A stretch of DNA of 64,000 nt from contig CAXUUL010000002.1 of assembly GCA_964255285.1 (NCBI GenBank), positions 62,001 to 126,000 of the forward strand, given 5' to 3'. Positions 12,027-27,290 of the stretch are shown piece by piece. Position numbers and translations under genes: made by a program. The notes beneath the pieces are model-generated. The model worked only from the letters and a program-made list of their open reading frames with translations, was not told the origin of the DNA and searched no databases. Source of the DNA: Ionaspis alba. Its lineage: Eukaryota. Every line of letters starts with the position of its first letter. Position 1 is the first letter of the stretch.

Positions 12027-15000
12027 TCAAACAACCCCTCCTCCTCCTCCTCCTGCTCCTGCTCCACCGCCACCACCACCCACCAGATCCCCATTCCTTC
12101 TCTTCGCCTCCTCCAATGCCCTCTTCAACCTCGCCTCCCTCTCCCGATCCACCACGCCCTCCCTCCCCTCAAGACTCTCCCCGCCTGTGGGCCCACCCAC
12201 CAGCGACAACAACATCCAAATCTCATCATGCGTCCGACTCGAATCGCCCCTGATCAGACTCATGCGATGTTCTAGATCCTTCACGAGCTTCTGATCCTCC
12301 TTTCCCTTCGCCTCCCTCAACCGCTTGAACGCCGCCGCATCCGCATTCGCCAGCTTGGCGTTCGCGACCGAGACCTCGTAGTCGGCGGCATTGAGCAACA
12401 TATCGGCGACATGGAACGTCTGCACGATCTGCTCCGACGAGCGGGCCAGCGCCGTGGTAATGGTCTTGGCTTTGAGGATCTCGTCCGTCGAGATGGCGGC
12501 ATCATCGTCGACGCCGCCGAGAGCCACATCCATGGCGATCTTGCGCACCGCTTGCATGACGGATTCCATATAATCCTGGTTCGAGCCGACCCCTCGGAGG
12601 GTGTTCTGATCGAGGACGTCCATGAGGAGGTTGGCCCGCTCGTCGCGCTGGCGGCAGAACTCGAGAATGGCCTTCTTTTCGGCGTCCTCGAAGCGCTTTT
12701 CCAGTTTCTTGACCTTGGCGATGTTGCCCAGCGCGTACCAGGGGGCGACTTCGGTTTTCTTGAGACGCCGGTCGCGCTCGACGACCGCCTCGAAGGCTTT
12801 CTGGTGGCGGATGCCCAGTTTCTGGTAGAGGATGAGCAGGCAGTCCATGGCGGGGGCAATAGGGACGCGGTCGATGGTTTCTTCGAACATTTCTTTGCCG
12901 GCGGAAGCGTTGACGACCATTTGGGTGCAGGTGTCGTAGAGGGGGGTGAGTTGGTCCATCTCGTAGTGGAGGCGGGCCCAGACAACATCGAAGACTTTGG
13001 AGACAAAGGACTGGAATTCGGCGCGGTCTTCTTCGGCTTTTTTGGAAGCTTCGGATCTCTTGAACTCGGCTTCGAGCTCGGAGATGTCGCCGTAGCCGAT
13101 CTCGTTGTCGTTGAAAAGAGCATCGATCCTTTGCTCGGATTCGGTTTGACGAACGTGTCGCTCCTTCTCGTATCGCTCCCGATTCTTCTTTGCCTCGGCA
13201 TCCCAGGCTACGACGGTCTTGTGGATGAAGCCAAAATCATCCGGGACCGCGTCCATTTCTCGTCGAAGCTGTATGACATTTTGAGGTTCCGGACGCAAGA
13301 CACTGGTAGAAGGAACGACCACGAGGAGAGGCTCGAGTATTGTGTACCGATAGTTTCGTTTTGTGGGTACAATATCAGGAGTAGCTATTGGCGAAGGGAA
13401 TTTCATCACTCCGTTTCCAAAGCCCAATACCCTCGAAGCATCATTGGAACCGGCTGCTGGATCATTGCCGATTCCTTCTTCGACTGCTTGTTCGGTAAGC
13501 TTGATGTCCCCTGCATCCATTGAGGTATGCCTTTGAGAGCCTTGTCTGAGCAACTCCGAGAATGGTTGATATATACTTTGGCGATTGCTTGCCTTGTCTC
13601 CTTCGTAGGCGCGTCCTTCGTTGTACCTGAAAGGTACATAGGCTGGTTTCTCCGGCACCTTCGACGTGGTATTGCCGGCGGTTCCAACATCATTTACTAT
13701 GGGTACCGAGTTAGATCGTCCGGGTTCTGCAAGTTTCATATCATGAACTTCGTTCGTCGCCGCTCTGGCTGGTGCTTCCGGCCGTCTAGACTTATTGTCT
13801 GACGCAATTCCGCTACCTGCTACGATATCCAGAGCCTTACGCAAAGAGGTCAACGACGGCGTCATTTTTAGAGGATTTGATGTGTTATTCGTCACTGGTC
13901 TGCCTCCAGGTGTGTATTGCTCGGTGCTGGGCGAATCGACCAAGACATAGGATTCTTCCGACGATCCTTGGGGTACGAAGCCTTGTTCTTGCGAAGGTGT
14001 CGTTGTAGCTATTGGTTTGGATCTGTCCTCTGTCTTTCGCAGAGAAGGTGTATCAATCTTGCCTGGCGATCTGGAAGCCGTTTCAAGCCTGATCGGTGGC
14101 TCTTTTGACTTACCCGTCCTACGTTGGCTTGCGTCCGTAGGCAAAGCTGGCAAGGCCTTCGATCTTATACTAGGACGTAGGGTGAGGATGCTTTGAGAAC
14201 CTTTCAGAGGTTTATGCTTCGTAGACTGCTCTGGTAGTTCTGAGTCATCTTCGATATCGTACAGTACAGCTCTGAGCTTAGTCTCCCTTTGAATAAAATT
14301 CATAAAAATCATATACTTGTCCTCGTCTCTCTCCGCCTGTGACTCTTCGTGTAGCATTTTCACATATCGATTCAGCGATGCTTTCGCCCATGGGTCAAGA
14401 TTTGCATATGGGTCATCCATCTCAATTGATTTTGGGAATATGCTTCGCCTCTCCGGTCGGCCGGCCTCTAAAGAGTCTTGTCTTGTCGGATCCAGATGAG
14501 CCGACTGGGGCGTGGAGGCCGAAAGAGGCCCTTTCATAGGTCTGGCTTCTTCTGGCTGGTGTGGTTCGGCGAGAGGCGCTGATGGCTCTGTTTCGGGAAT
14601 TTGTAAAGATATGATGATATCCTCGGCTCCGTCATCCACACTACCTCGATGTCCGGATCCAGGATTGTGTCCCTCGCTCACATCCACATTAGGGCTTTCT
14701 GCACCAACATTTCCAGTCGGAGCAACTGGCTCCATTGGCTCATCCTGAGTCTCGTAACTTTCGTGTTTTTCATGGAATCGGGGCAATTCATTGTGACGAG
14801 GTTGGGTAATCTCACTCTTACCATGTGCGACATCGGGGTTAATGTCTGCATCCTCGTGATGAACATCCCTCGTCTGCATCTGATGTTCATTATTAACCAC
14901 GCTGCGAACCTCTCTTGGCTTAGAGTCTAAGTGTTGATGATAGATAGCTGAAATAAGCTGCTCCTCGGTGACGGGCTTTGACTGGGTGTCAGCATTCAAA

Positions 15001-16871
15001 TCCTCTTTCGAAGTCGTCTGAGACTTGGTGAGCCCCGTTCGACCTGAGTCACTTCCATCATCCGTGTGTAGTACTGTGGCTGGGCTTTCAGCTGGCGGAG
15101 GATAATGCTCGCTTCTTGGTGAATCGTGAGTGTCACTGATCGTTGTGAAGTCCTCAGGAATTTCAGCTTCAGCATCTCCATCTATTGGCTTGTATGCCTC
15201 TAGCTGTCCCTCTTGCTCCGGCTCATCTTCAGTAGACTGCATTGGTGGTTTGACAAGATCATGTGGAACGCCTATGCCTCCAAGCTGTTTGTGAGGAGTC
15301 TCGAGCGGTGACGTTGTGGCCGGCAGTTCCGCGGTCTTTGGTTTAGAGGAGGTGTAAAGATCTTCATCGTCTATCTCTTCCGCATCGTAATCACCAAAAT
15401 GCTCCCAGTCCGACGGTCCCCCGAATCCAAGTGCGGAAGCACTGGAGAGACTAAAGTTAGCCTCGACCAGATTTGAAGATTTTTGAGGCGGTGCTATATC
15501 CTCATCTGTACCGTCCTGGGTGGTACCAGTCGACGATTGAGGCGAGTGCCAATAGAATGATGCGTTAGAATCTTCGACTGCTCCTTCCGGTGGTCCAACC
15601 TGCTCATCAGGCGTATGGGTCAATCCTTCTTGCCGGTGATTTGGAGAAGAGCCCGATACTCCAAGAGTTTCTGTGGAATTGTTCTCTGAACGTGGTCCAG
15701 TGGGGATGGAAATACTTGGCCTGGATGGTGAAACACGACCCGGCTTTGGATCACTTTGAGCACTTAATGAGCCAGAGTCTCCAGGAAGAGTTAAGATCGG
15801 GTTTGAAGTATTGTGAATATTCGAAGTGGTCTGTGGAGTTCGGTTTGAAGTTTGTACGGATTTAGAGACCGTCTGAGCAGATTGAGAGTCGTAGGGCTGC
15901 TGGTAAGCAAAATCGTGCTGCTGAATTTGAGGCTGAGAATCGAAATTGATAGGGGGTAACTGGAATAGTGGAGGCAATTGTGGTGCAAGACGTGATTTCT
16001 CAGGTCCTTCAGACCGCTGAGTTGTCGGTATCTTTGGTGGCTTCGGGGGCGCTTGCGCCGAAGGACTGGAAACCATGGACTCAGAGTCGTCGCCCTCTTG
16101 CCATGATTGTCGTGGGTCTTCAAATTCTTCGTTGTCATCATCTGGGGGATTTGGGTTGTATGCAACAGGTTTGAGCTTGTAGCCTCCACTGCTTTGGGAC
16201 CCTGAGGCCGACAATGTCTGCGATTGACCGGATTTTACTTGCGTTAAGATGTTCGGTCTAGGCTATAGTAACGTGTTGGTCAGTAGCTCAGGAACTTAGA
16301 CGAACGTATCAGACATCCTCTGGAAATGTAGACTTACCGGTAGAGAAGGCTTCTCCCTTTCATCTTGTGACCTTGAATGCGCATGGTTGTACTTGACTCC
16401 CCATTTTGACGTGTCCGGTAATCGTCCAAGGGTTGTACCATGGCTTTGTGGGGAACCTAGGTTCAGATTTGGAGAGCTATCCTTGGAAGCATGATTTTGA
16501 GGATTGTAGGACATGAGATTGGAGTTGGGAGACAGGCCTGCTGAGGGAGGACCCTGTCGAGTCGGCGCGTACCCTGGCGAGGACGAGTTCTCGTGCGACC
16601 ATGTTGTGATGGAAGGGCTTGGATTCCGGCGCGGTGGCAACGCGGGTAAGGACTCTGTGCTGCTGTCAGGACCAGCATCGCCTAGTGCAGACATAAAATC
16701 AGCGGCCAGACTCTGTTCGGGGCAGAGAGGCATACCTTGAATAGCTGGCGGATGCCCGGATGAAGTCCAAGCAGGAGCTGGCTTCTGGAAGAACTTGCTC
16801 ATCGGCGGCGACTTAGCACCCAGTCGCGTAGCGCCAGCTGCTTGTGAGGACTGAGGATGACCGGTCTGCAT
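12027..16871 (-). CDS. Large uncharacterised protein (about 1590 aa): disordered N-terminal part, helical/coiled-coil C-terminal domain
   Basis: Exons 16871-16338 and 16262-12027 joined by intron 16263-16337 (GTAAGT..ACTGAC..TAG), giving ...KPSLP|PRPNIL... in frame with the 1395-aa ORF. Ordered-looking motifs include FGGPSDWEHF and DPWAKASLNRYVKML. Confidence 0.85.
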
Positions 16872-17586
16872 ATTGAGCGAGTATTATGTAGGACGACACA
16901 TTAACGACTACGGCATATCAAAAGCGCAAGGACCGCTGCGACCTTGTCGACGGTATACAACAATTGACAAGAAGGAATAATATACAATTGAACAGGTACT
17001 ATAAGCCAGACGCTGAAGAAGCAGACAACTGGGAATTTGGGACGGTATAAGGTCGCGGCTTTTGCCGTAATGAGGACTTACGTTAGTTAATCCGCCCTTT
17101 TCCCACAACGCCGGGCGGGAAGATAGACCGGCTCGTGGGGCTGAAATCTGCCCTGTCCTCCGCGCTAACCAGAAAGAATATCTTCGAGACCGTTTAAGCG
17201 CTGTCAAGGAGGGAAAGGGACAAGGAGGTCGGGCAAAAGTTTGACCGCCAGTAGCTTAAACCAGATAGTACTTCTTACCCTTTAGGTACTTAGAAAATAC
17301 ACATCTTGCACCTCATCGCTGGCTACCTAGTTTTCTCAGCGCTTAGTTACTCCAACATAGGTGGAGCGTTGGTGTCAGTTGAAAAAGTAATATATACTTA
17401 TGAGTGGTAGCACAGACGCGAAGAAGTGAAGCAATACCGTCTTAAGAGACTTACCCCAACATTGCGATGAGGAGGCATCGAACCGTCCATACAGGCTCTG
17501 CCCAATTCCAATGTCTATCATTATGGCCTAACCCTAGCTGCTGCGGCATCAGAACAACGCCAATTCCATTCCTCCAATACCCCAAA

Positions 17587-18803
17587 TTAGTTCAAGGCAT
17601 CAACCCGATTCTGCTCCGTCCATTTCATAAATAACCCTACGTCCTTTACTATGGCCCCTGGGAGACCCAGCTTCTGCATCCACATCGGCAACCAGCCTTT
17701 CGTATCGCTTGCAACAGCCATAAGCCATTCCACGTCCATGTTCTCCCTCACAAAGCAACGTTCAACACTCGTGTAGACACTTGATCACAAATCAGCAATC
17801 TCTGCCCCAAGAGAGAACAACGGGTTAGGGAACAATGTAACAAACCCAAGAACCGGCATCTTCCGCTTCTGAGCACTATCACCCTCTTGAATATTTCGCC
17901 CATTGCTGTAGAAGGCTTCTGCGAGGCCTCGGATGTCGATGGGGATTTGCATGTCAATTGACGCTTGAGCACCTGTCTTGGCTGTAATGACCAGGACAGG
18001 AAATACTCTTGGGTTGAGCGGAAAAGGCAGTTTGTGGCACATCTCGTAGACTGAGGATACAAACTGTCAACACAAGATACGCGTGCTTTGATTTATGTCA
18101 CTTGAGTAGCAGCGGAAGGAGAAGACACACTTCTCATATCAACCTCGTCATATCGGTTCCCAAGCTGAAGTCCTCTGGTCTCACCATCCCAGTCCAGCAC
18201 TTTGTAGCTATCAAACAGGTCGGGCGTGTAACTCCTCTCCTTGTCGCAATGGTTAACCCTCAACCCACTATCGAATTCCGCCCAACTGGCAGAGCTCTCG
18301 TGGCCACTATGGTTGGCATGCCGACTCCTTCGTGCGAACCAAGCTTCTCCCGACTTTATTGTCTTGGGTATCGATCTTTCCCTTGAGACAGTCGGTTGCT
18401 CTCTGAGGCTGTTGTGTACTTCGGCCGGGGTGATTGAACGTGTGAGTACTTCGACTCTTGCAGTGGCGGGTGGTGAGGACTTCGTAGACTTCTGGCGGAA
18501 GGTGTCAGGGACGGTTTTATCAATGAAATAGACAGCTTCGTTAAGGATTGTTGTGAGAAAATCGGACAGCGGAGGTCGTCCAGATCCTGCCCTCGAAGAC
18601 ATCTGCCCATCAACATCCGTGTTTCTGTGGTCTGAGTGGTCACTCGATGTGGAAGTGTCAATACTGCCATCATTTCTCTGGATGGCTGGTTTCAGTTTCG
18701 AGCTTGCAAGAGGAGGTAGTGCAGGATGAGCAGGTAGGTCTTCAAGAGAGAGGGGGATGAGACGTAAGAAATTGCCCAATGTTGGCACGGATTGAGTCGC
18801 CAT
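17587..18803 (-). CDS. DUF3074-like (START/SRPBCC-like) protein
   Basis: Three exons; introns 18051-18130 (GTGTGT..CAG) and 17780-17845 (GTTTGT..AAG). Spliced motifs AWFARRSRH, WAEFDSGL, YEMCHKLPFPLNPRVFPVLV, GVYTSVER, EWLMAVASDTKGWLPMWMQK, IVKDVGLFMKW; TAA at 17587-17589. Confidence 0.85.
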
Positions 18804-19275
18804 GATTGAGTTGGGAAACAACGAAGCTTTGCGTATATAATATTTCGAGAATAGTATTACAATAAGAGAGAAGAAAAGAATGCAGTGGCCAATTATATAA
18901 GTCTACCTCGAAATACTTAGAGAAATCAGTGAGTCGTTCAGTAATGCATGATGAGCAGAGAAAAAATGTTGATGACGAAGTGCATGGAGCTGTTTAGAGT
19001 TGATGCACTTTCCGCTAGTCTGCGACAGCCACAAAGCTCCAGGTCTCGGGTAGTTGCATATCCCCCGGTTTTAGCGGGCACTAATCGTAAGCCGCCAGGA
19101 GCTTCAGCCCCTATAACTAGCTGTGTCTCGAGTATGCCCTGATGAGATGTTGTTGCGCTGACTATTTCATGACATGCTACGGCCAGCTCCAATGAATTTC
19201 CCCAAGCTTCTGAAGAGCTATCGCTATGCACTAAGCTCACCATGAGAAGCTCTGAAAATCAGGCTCTCCAAATCC

Positions 19276-21185
19276 TCACCACACAATCCCTCTCCAATCA
19301 AAATCCCCATCCACATTCCGCCAACCCTTTTGCAAAATCCCCTTCTCCCATCCCATCATCACAGCCAACAGCCTACATGCAATACTACTAACGGCACAAA
19401 CAATCCCATCCGCTTTCCCCACAACAGCCAGATCAAGTAGGTACGACCTTCCTACGAGCGTACGCAACTGCATCGTCAACTCCGAAGGCGGCTTGCGACG
19501 TTGGCTCTCCAGGAGCTCGTCGCGCTCTTGTAGCGAATGTGATGATCTGGACGGGGATCCCAGGCCCCAGAAGACGTCCTTGAAGAAGCCGCCTTCCCAG
19601 CCGAGATTTTCGTCCTGGAACTGGGTGCCCGATGGCGGACCTTGTGCGGCGTCAGCGTGCGACTTGCTGGCTAGCATGATCATTTCCTGTGCACGAAGGG
19701 GCTGTGAGAAGGCGGTCGAGTTGTAGACTTCTGGGTCGTCGGATGCTAGCACTATTTTTGATGCTATAACTGATGAGAGAGCTTCCGAACCATTTTTCGG
19801 GGGTTGGGCGTTGGAAATGAAACCTTTTGCGGCGTCTGCGTAGTGCTCTAGAGGAATGTATGAGTTCTGGTATTGGAATTCCAATGGATGTCGATCTCCG
19901 TGGCGGACGTGTACACCGACCATCAACCCGCCCTCGTTTCTGATCATGGAGTCAAACTCGTTCACTCGCTTGTCCACGTAATCTGCGTCGGAGTCTGCTA
20001 GATGAAAAAGTTCTTCGTATCCTGTTCGGAGCAGTGCAAATATGTTGACCTGGCGCATCACCTCCATTCCTCTGGGGTCTTCATACTCCTCTACAAATTG
20101 ATGTCCAAATGTCCATGAGGTTGTCGCTGCCGACACAAGTAGGTGCTGGGCCTGGTGAGGGCATGGGAGACGGTGATGCTCTGGAGGTGGTAGACATGAA
20201 GGCAGAGGAACAGGACGGAAGTAGTCGGAGTATTTGCCGTACGCCCTATGATTTTGCTGTAAGTCGCTGTGGACAGACGAAGCACAGAGCAGTCTTACCA
20301 GTATCTATCATCAATAAAGAAATCACGATCTTCCTCCTGAGCTAAACCGTATGCCATCCATAGTCCCATCAAAGTGCTTCCAAATCCAGCGTTGCCTGTC
20401 TCCAATACATAGGTGAGACTTCGTTCACAAACTTTGTCCTTGCTTTCATCTTGCCGGATGGTGTCCAGATCTTCACTCATAGAATCTTCTTCAGGTTGAC
20501 CAATTGCAGATTTCCAGCTCCAAGACAGTCCTTTGGTTTTGTGATTTGGAAGTAGACCTTGATCCTCGGCTTCTTCAATGTCTATGAAGTTCTCGTCATC
20601 CTGGTAGTAGCCCATATGCCGCTTGCGCAAGCGCCCAGGGCCATGAGGTTTGTTGAGCTTCATGAGGTGCTTCGCAACACCGTCGGCCTGCGAACAGATG
20701 TTGGCGTACACGCTCGGTTTTAATGGAAATTCTGACGCGTCAGGTATTGATACAGTCCACCTGGTCTTCCCTTGCTTGTCCGTTATAACCACAGGAACGG
20801 GGTCTTTGGGTAAGGTGTCGTTGCCAACCAACACAGAGTCTTCGCCTGCATGTGATAGATAGCTGATTTCGAAATGCTGCTTTTGTCTGTGTAAGCCCCT
20901 CAAAATTATGCCAAGAGCAAGCCCGAGGCCCACAAGAGATAGCAATGTCTTGACCAATAGTCTTATAGTGAGTCGACGACGTAAGGAATGAGACTTTTGA
21001 CCATGGTATGGCAGGAGGGATGGCAGCGATGGTGAAAGTATAGGTGGATCAAGCAAGCCCTGGAAGCTGCGTCTAGAGGATGGCTCTGAGTCTGACAAGG
21101 AAGAAGTGACTGAAGCGATTGAGGATCTGGAAGAACGCTTTCGTCTTGTCGACATGTTCGGAATCTTTTTGCCTAACTCTTCCAT
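19276..21185 (-). CDS. Type II membrane protein with fucosyltransferase-superfamily (GT23/GT11/O-FucT-like) motifs
   Basis: Intron 20246-20298 (GTAAGA..TAG) joins ...IDDRYW|AYGKYSDYF... One N-terminal TM segment (LLVKTLLSLVGLGLALGIIL); motifs GNAGFGSTL, VGVHVRHGDR, IVLASDDP, LLDLAVVGKADGIVCAVSS. Gene structure is solid; function is inferred. Confidence 0.75.
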
Positions 21186-22309
21186 ACTGGATTATCAACA
21201 ATCCTAGAGAGCTTGGACGTTCTCAGCGAGTGGTGGTATCGCGAGCTATTTCTGGACTGAAATGCTACCGTTGATCTAGCCGAGAAAAGCGTATACGTAT
21301 TCACGAAATGGTATTGCTGATCTAGGTGCACGATAAACCGGGCTTAATCCGATCGTTGGGTAGATCCTAGCGCCTCGAGCCGGCCATGAAATGCGTCTAG
21401 CTTGTAAATCCCAGGCTTAAAAGTACAAGATTGTAAGACTTCAAGAGAAGGAAAGAAGAACGAATCGCGAGGACTGTGGAATGAGAGCGGAGACTCGTGA
21501 GGAAGAGAGCCAGTATCTAGAGGATCTGTTATACAATGAGGGGCGGAAAGCGTTTGCTTTACCGGGAAAGAGATGGGTGGTCGAATGAAGATGGGTTCGA
21601 ATTGGAGGTCGAACACTCTGATGACCTGGAATGGGTGGTCTGCAGCAAAACAGCGGTAGATACCATAATATCTTCGGCCTACGAAGAACAGAGAAGCAGA
21701 TTTCGGAAGGAAAGGAGAGAGTGAAGGTCGATTGGGACCCAGGGCTAAAGAGAGTGTGGAAAACCCACGCACCACAGTCCAGACAACTTGGAAGCATAAG
21801 ATCCGACAATCTTGGTGCCTCAGAGGGTGCAGAGGACGAGTTGCCCCGGACGTCATGCGTCACAGCTTGCCTCTCCTGAAACGATGAAACGTCAAGCAAT
21901 AGCTCCCCCTGTGTGTTCCTGACCAATAAGACAACTCCTCCCCTCCCCTGGACGACTCGCTTCTTAGCGTTGCCGATGGCATCTCAAACCTGCCAGGGCC
22001 ACTATTCCGTGCCGATTCATGCATCCAGAGAGGGATTCCGATAATGCTACAACGTTACCGTGATCGCTTTGGAGGATGGAAAGTGGATGTATGCACCGCC
22101 TGCTCGCCAATGGTCGAAAGAGTAACAAATTACATGGGCAGCAGCATTCGCGATAATAGATTGGTTCTACAACTGATGAATGCGCACCACCTTACACGCA
22201 TCCCAGCCAGGCCATCATCCGGTCTCCAGGTCGTTATGTTGGTCAGCCTATACAGCCCTCTTCTTCTCCGTTGACGAGGTCGTCAACCTGAATGGAATCG
22301 AGTAAGAAG

Positions 22310-24410
<2,101 letters not shown>

Positions 24411-25015
24411 TCACCAATGTTATAGAACGAGTCAATCACAACAAACCCCGCATCTAATCACAGAATGGAGTTCGTTGGACTTGAAAGCGACCGGCTAACG
24501 ATTCAAGATACTCTGCATGACTTATAAGAGTGAGAAAGCGCAGATGGAAGTGTGACGACCTTGGACTGTGGGCAATGAGGATTAGATATTTGTAGCTTTG
24601 CGAGGAAGCTGTTCGCATGGACGCTGGCCAGTGATGCGACGACTACCCAGGTTCCCCGCCACTGTCGTGATTAGTACGATTTCTACATCGACGCTCGAGA
24701 ATTGGCCATCCGGGTAGTTCGGGAAGGAAACGAATTCCATGTGCAACATTAACGATACTGGAAGCCATCAATCGCACGAACATTGCACATGGTTTCTGGA
24801 ATCCTATCCGCAAGGTTACCTGAGGACTGAAAACTTTGTCTCCAATACTTTAGTCTATGTAGATTGCTCGTAACAGCCATTAGAGACAAATTCTCATGCT
24901 TAATGCTCATCTTGATTCATATTCACCTCAGACATGATACTCGTGCATCCATAACAGAGCAACCGACAGTCTATGAAGCGAACAGCTCCCAATTGACCAT
25001 TCCTTCGGCTTCGGA

Positions 25016-26677
25016 TCAATCGATACTTGGTTCAAGGGTGTTGCCACTGCAAAACCATATTAGCACCGCGAAACAAGGTCGAGAAGCATAACTGTACTTA
25101 CGCTACGATGTTTGCCCATCCAATCAACCGCCAATGCTTGTCAATTCTCCTGCTCAGAGCAATCTTCTCCCCAATCTCCGTACAAGCCGGACTAGTCAAG
25201 CTCAGCTTGGCAGCATCGGCCTTTACCCCCATAACCTTTGCCCCCGTAGCCGTCGATCCAATGTTGACCATCAGCACCTCATTCTTCGCCAGTTTCGCGA
25301 CTTTGGCCTGTTTTCCGTCCGCAGTCTTGACCCCCAGCAACCGGCGAAGCAAGAAATAATTGACTTCGAGTTCGGTGTAGATGGCAGGTAGTCTGCCCTT
25401 GAGACCAAGCACGAAGCCAACGAGACGATCTGCACGACACAGGGTCGGGTCGACACGAGTACCAACCCCGATCAATCCTCCGGGCACAGCGAATTTCAGA
25501 TCGTTGTGCTCCGCAAACAGCGACACGACTCTGCTAAAGATGGGCCGACATTTGATTTGGCCCTTGTCGTCCTTGGTGACCAGACCTGGTCGAATCTCGA
25601 TCTCATCGCCGAGCTTCAGGACTCCGGTGAGGATGCTTCCACCGGCTACACCACCCTTTAGGTCCTCGATCTCGGCACCCGGTTTGTTGACATCGAAGGA
25701 TCGAATGACGATCATGTGGGGTGCAGCAGTGAAGTCTCGGATGGGTACGGGTATCCTGATGACAAGATATTCGTTGATGGCATCGATATTGTATTTGAGC
25801 TGGGCGGAAATGGGGATGATCGGGGAACCGTCTGCTACTGTGCCGCGAATGAATTTCAGAATGGATTGATAGTGTTGCTCGGCGCCCTCTTCGCGCATCA
25901 GGTCGACTTTATTTTGTAGGATAATGATGTGATTGAGCTTCATGATTTCAATGGCGGCGAGATGCTCCGACGTCTGTGGTTGTGGGCATGTCTCGTTGCC
26001 AGCTATCAGGAGAAGAGCTGCGTCCATGACTGCGGCACCAGACAGCATGGTGCTCATGAGGATATCGTGACCAGGACAGTCAACAAATCTAGACGTCTGA
26101 TCAGCTTCGACTTTGTGGGAGCCATGTATCTCAGACGAGGAACTCACGACACATGTCTCTCCAAACGATATCTCCCATTACATCCTTCCCTCTCGCACGG
26201 CGGATATACCTCCTTCTCACTCTTATAACTTCTGTAACATCCGGGACGTGGACACTCCTCGTTATCACACTTGTAGATCTTCGCATTCGCATATCCCAAT
26301 TTGATGGTAATATTTCTCTCCAACTCATTCTTGAATCTGACAGTTTGTACCCCCGATATTGCCTTTACCACCGTCGATTTTCCGTGCGCCACATGCCCTA
26401 TAGTACCGATGTTGATAGTTGCCTGCCTCGCGATGATCACGGGGGAGAGAGGGTTAAGTCCGGAGACATCGAGGGTCTTTGGATCTGGCTGCTCCGGAAG
26501 CTCGGGTCGTGCGATCTGAGGTGTTGGTTCCAGTCGTGAAGTCTGTTTCATCGCCGACCTTGGCTTCTGCGCTAGATCTTCCACTTCTACCTCGTCGTCG
26601 TGACCATTCGCTGCTTCGAAAGGTGGAGACCCAGGTAAGGAATCCTCGTCGGATGGCATATCACCGTTCGTTGCCAT
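25016..26677 (-). CDS. GCD11: Translation initiation factor eIF2 gamma subunit
   Basis: Introns 26089-26147 and 25047-25101. GTPase motifs [18 protein letters not shown] and ISAQ; C-terminus [26 protein letters not shown]. Confidence 0.97.
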
Positions 26678-27290
26678 ACTTGGGAAGCTTTATCGGGTGT
26701 GAGGCTATTTGAATCAAAATTCCACCCTCCGCCTGGGCTATAGTAGCTGTCCTGCTGAAACTTGGATTTCAGAATTTCGGACTAGTTCTAAGGGAAATTT
26801 GACGACGTCTGGCAGCCCAGCAAGTTGGAGGCCAATCTGCACTTTTGTCACAGCAGTCTGAGGGGGGTCAAATGACGATCGCGAGGGTAGGAAGGACTTC
26901 GGCTCAGAAATACCTTTCGAAGGAATGCAAATTTCAGTGTCTCCTGAAACTCCGTGACGTGCAAAAGAAGATCAGGGGTACTAAAATCGTGGCCGAAGCA
27001 TGATTACCACAATAATTGTTGCGCCTTCCCATGATTGCGTAGCCGAGTCAATAATGTCTACGGCGGGGATGCTCCTGAGGCGGGAGTACTAAAATCGCTG
27101 CCGAAGCAGGAATTAGTGGAATGCCCCCGGAGCCAGCCGTCTCGCCAACTATTGTCCCATACTGTTCGGGACAGTAGTCCACGGCTCAAACAAACTGACA
27201 ACCATCATTGCGCAGGCAGGGGCTGGTACACTTCCAGAATTTTGGATTGACAGATCTATGTATTCCAAACCACACGACCGTTCATCTGAG

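Noticed and set aside
12317..13523. 370-aa plus-strand ORF and 294-aa alternative-frame ORF
   Set aside because: Shadows of the GC-rich 3' part of the large minus-strand gene.
24737..24792. Inverted repeat CCATGTGCAA...TTGCACATGG upstream of the sulfatase
   Set aside because: Only 10 bp and not a match to the CYS3/MetR consensus ATGRYRYCAT; cannot be told from chance.
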